Assembly (NCBI GenBank): GCA_051362555.1
Contig: CM120644.1
Span: forward strand, 2,240,954-2,304,953
Origin: Lingula anatina
Lineage: Eukaryota; Animalia; Brachiopoda
Direction: 5' to 3'
DNA: 64,000 nucleotides
The position numbers and the translations under genes are program-made. How positions within the stretch are numbered: the first letter of the stretch is position 1; every line of letters begins with the position of its first letter. Shown here one piece after another: positions 60,965 through 64,000 of the stretch. The notes below the pieces were generated by a model. That model was not told the DNA's origin and made no database searches. It saw nothing but the letters and a program-made list of their open reading frames with translations.

Positions 60965-63858
60965 TAGGGGTGGGCAAATGACAAAATTTTTTTAAAACAG
61001 GTGGATTCTATGGCCATTTTGGCTGCTGAACACAAATCTGACAATATTTTTTACCAAAGATAAAGATTTATATTGGTATCTGCTGTTTTTGTGAAAAAAG
61101 GCGGGAAAATGGCTTTTTGGCCATATTTTCGCAGTAAAGTGCATAATAATGATGTGTAAAATGTCTTTCCATATGTTTTGGGGGTTGCACAGTTCAAATA
61201 TTAGCATATTCAAGACATTGGGAATATTGTTAGGGTGACATCTTTAAAAATATGTTATTTTAAGCAAAAATATACAAAAAATGCATGCTAAAATAAATGC
61301 AAATAATGGCCATTATGTACATACTGAATTCATGGATAACAGTTTGATATTGAAAACAATGCTGAAAATAACTGGATGTGTACCAACTAATGTTATGCTG
61401 CATAATTGCCCTTTTCCTTAGAACAGATAAAACTTTATTAAGTGGCATTAATCTCTAACAATCTGCTTTTGACATTAGAATAGTACTTTTACATCGGTTG
61501 TGTAGTTTAAGATTATATCACCAACACCATGGATGAAAGAAAACAATTACGCAATAGCACAAAAAAGGAACTGTTTGGAGAAAGTTACAGAGAAATCAAT
61601 GAGTTCAAATCAACTGGCAAATTACCATCTGGGACCCAGGTCATTGGTAGAATGCTAGCGCTTTGTAAAAAGCCAGCCAAGGGACAGAAGGCAATGTCTC
61701 GTGATACAAGCAGCAAGATAGTTGCTAATGAGCTTAGGCAAGATTGGATCTCAAAAAATGTTTATCCTATGCATGAAAGATCTGTAGCAAGGAAAATTAA
61801 AGCAGACTATGAGCGGTTTAATGACTTAAGAAAAATGGAGCAGTGTAAGGAAAAGACGAGAACTGACGAATGGTTTAAAAGTCCCAATGATTTCAATGAC
61901 ATGCTGACAAAACATGCTTACAACATTCGAACAAACGACCCAGCATATCAAAAGCATCTTGAAGATGAATTTGGAGTTAAGATGACTAAAGAGGATGAAG
62001 CTTTCTATGAGGATAATTGCTTTGGGTGTTACAAAGCTGTGTGCACTTCTACAGTTCCAAAACATTGGAAGAAAAAACAGAAAAGGAAGCATGAGCGAGA
62101 ACAATCAGCAGCAAACAAAAAAGCAGCAACAGTGAGCAGTTTGGAAGAGCAAAAAAGACTAGATGAATCAGAAATGAGTGAATTACTTAATACTCAGATA
62201 GATAGTGGGGAAATTGACCCACTTTTTACAGGACCTCAGATGTCAAATACATCTCCCTTCCAAGAACGAAAACTTCGTTCATCAAAAGACGACCCCAATG
62301 TAAAAGAAACTGACAAAAAACAGGGCTCTCCGTTTCCGCAAATTAAAATACGCACTGGAAGGAGAAGTCTGAATGAAAGTTTGATGAGATGTATAGTACA
62401 GTGTCTTGCAGAGACAAGGATGTCGCCTGATGAAGTTGCCACAGTGGTCGTAAGAGTAGCTAATATGGTGTTTGGTCAGAATTGGAAGAAACAAAATGAA
62501 AAAGATGATGAGAATGATGAAACTGAAAGTGACGAAGAAAGTGAGCCAACAGAATCTTCACCTTCGGTACCAGGAGTCTGCTGCTTGTCTAATGATTTAA
62601 CTTTTGTTTTCCCAAGTCGTAGATCAATTATGCGATACTTACAGGACGCATCTTACCTAAGCCTAGAGTATGTTGCTCAACAAATCCTCAACCAGATGTC
62701 CAAGACTGATTATTTCAGAAGATCAGATGTTGACAGTGATGATGATATGAAGTATGCTCCATTGACGAACTTAGGGTGTGAGTCTGAATTTTCAAAGCTA
62801 GACCACAGGATTAAAGTTACTGGTGGAAGTTCTTCTGTTCAGACTCTTTCCAGAAAGAATCTGCTTGCAAGTAGTGGTCTTCTGGTACATTCTCAATTTG
62901 AAAGCAAGAGTGCAGCAGAAAGGAAAGAAAGATGGAAATTGGCTCGCTGTTCTGAAGAGGTGAAAGCAGTGCAAAAACTAGAAACAGACTTTCTTGCAAC
63001 TGTTGAATCTGCAAAGAAACTAGCACTACATAAGAAGGAGGAACTCAAGAAGAAAAAAGCTTGTAAAACTCTTGCAGTTTTGGAGAGATGTAAAGACCAT
63101 AATGGCCCACTGACTGTTAAAAGCCTAGACTTATTACCAAGTCTCACGGAAAAACAACTCTTAGATGAAATAAATTATCTGCGGCTCACAGTGGATCCAG
63201 ACATACGTCAGAAGAGGCGTGTTAAAGCAGCAGATGGCAAGTTTAGAATGGAAAAATTCACTGTAGAGGAACTGAAAGCATCAATAAAAATGCACTGAAA
63301 CCAGAACCACTGTAAATGAAGACATTAATGCTTTGCTACTGAGTGTACTACTGTAAACATTCATGTATGTAAATAACAATATAACTACTCTATAAAACAA
63401 GATTGTACAGTTTCATGTGAACCATTGACCATATTTGTTTTTTTTTTTATTGTTTTCCCCATCTTAAAAGCCACAGTTGCATAAACATTTGAATTTTCGT
63501 ATACAAAAATGGTCGTTTAGGGGTGTTTTTTACCTCAAAATGACCAAAAATCCTCTTTTTAACACAAAATAAAATGACTCAGCAAAACCTATTCATCTAT
63601 TTTGTGCTTGTTGATCATAAAATCATATGGTTAGACATAGTACAAGCCATATTTGAACCGATATTTAGAGATTTACATGAGAAATATGTGATTTGCGGGA
63701 GCGTTTGGTGGCCATTTTGAAAAATCACTTGATACCAATATCAGATGTAATTTAAAATGAAAATACTTATTAGATTTGTATTCAGCAGGCAAAATGGCCA
63801 TAGAATCCACTTGTCTGAAATTGAATTTCCCAAAAAAGCGTTCATTTGCCCACCCCTA
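60965..63858 (+). mobile_element. hAT-like DNA transposon (2.9 kb), probably internally deleted
   Basis: Perfect 17-bp TIR TAGGGGTGGGCAAATGA / TCATTTGCCCACCCCTA, plus a subterminal inverted repeat (GTGGATTCTATGGCCATTTTG at ~61001 and its inverse at ~63790-63810). No clean 8-bp TSD is visible. Confidence 0.85.
61529..63298 (+). CDS. Transposase-derived ORF (hAT-like, 589 aa)
   Basis: Single intronless ORF inside the TIRs; N-terminal LPSGTQVIG..IVANELRQDWISKNVYP..VARKIK pattern as in hATm/x-type transposases; C-terminal APLTNLGCESEFS resembles the hAT P.TS..CER.FS motif. Confidence 0.7.
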   Translation: MDERKQLRNSTKKELFGESYREINEFKSTGKLPSGTQVIGRMLALCKKPAKGQKAMSRDTSSKIVANELRQDWISKNVYPMHERSVARKIKADYERFNDLRKMEQCKEKTRTDEWFKSPNDFNDMLTKHAYNIRTNDPAYQKHLEDEFGVKMTKEDEAFYEDNCFGCYKAVCTSTVPKHWKKKQKRKHEREQSAANKKAATVSSLEEQKRLDESEMSELLNTQIDSGEIDPLFTGPQMSNTSPFQERKLRSSKDDPNVKETDKKQGSPFPQIKIRTGRRSLNESLMRCIVQCLAETRMSPDEVATVVVRVANMVFGQNWKKQNEKDDENDETESDEESEPTESSPSVPGVCCLSNDLTFVFPSRRSIMRYLQDASYLSLEYVAQQILNQMSKTDYFRRSDVDSDDDMKYAPLTNLGCESEFSKLDHRIKVTGGSSSVQTLSRKNLLASSGLLVHSQFESKSAAERKERWKLARCSEEVKAVQKLETDFLATVESAKKLALHKKEELKKKKACKTLAVLERCKDHNGPLTVKSLDLLPSLTEKQLLDEINYLRLTVDPDIRQKRRVKAADGKFRMEKFTVEELKASIKMH

Positions 63859-64000
63859 GCAGTGCCAAGAGATATATACGGAATATCACATGGGACAGTA
63901 TGACTGGTACATGTAGTTCTATAAGACCTGGTATATATAAATGATGCCCGTAGCAACATTGGCCACATATTTCTCTTCCTTTCGTATTTCCACTTTCTTC

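Overview
AT-rich, intron-rich eukaryotic genomic DNA. It is probably an invertebrate animal, but this is inferred from composition and transposon content only. Exons were assembled by hand from GT-AG sites and phase matching. The + strand carries two adjacent tandem gene clusters. (1) Three transmembrane SEA/EGF mucin genes resembling vertebrate MUC3/MUC12/MUC17: gene 1 is 5'-truncated and has two SEA-Cys modules, gene 2 has a 2.8-kb PTS exon with a 60-nt VNTR, and gene 3 has a short PTS and a diverged tail. (2) Three genes for signal-peptide-bearing EF-hand proteins of the sarcoplasmic Ca-binding protein/aequorin-obelin fold; the middle copy is frameshifted. Introns and spacers hold many transposons: MITEs with demonstrable TSDs, a Tc1 relic, a TTAA-specific Sola3-like relic, L2- and Rex/Babar-like LINE pieces, and a hAT-like element with an open 589-aa ORF. 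No rRNA, tRNA or CRISPR was recognised. All family assignments come from remembered motifs, not database searches.
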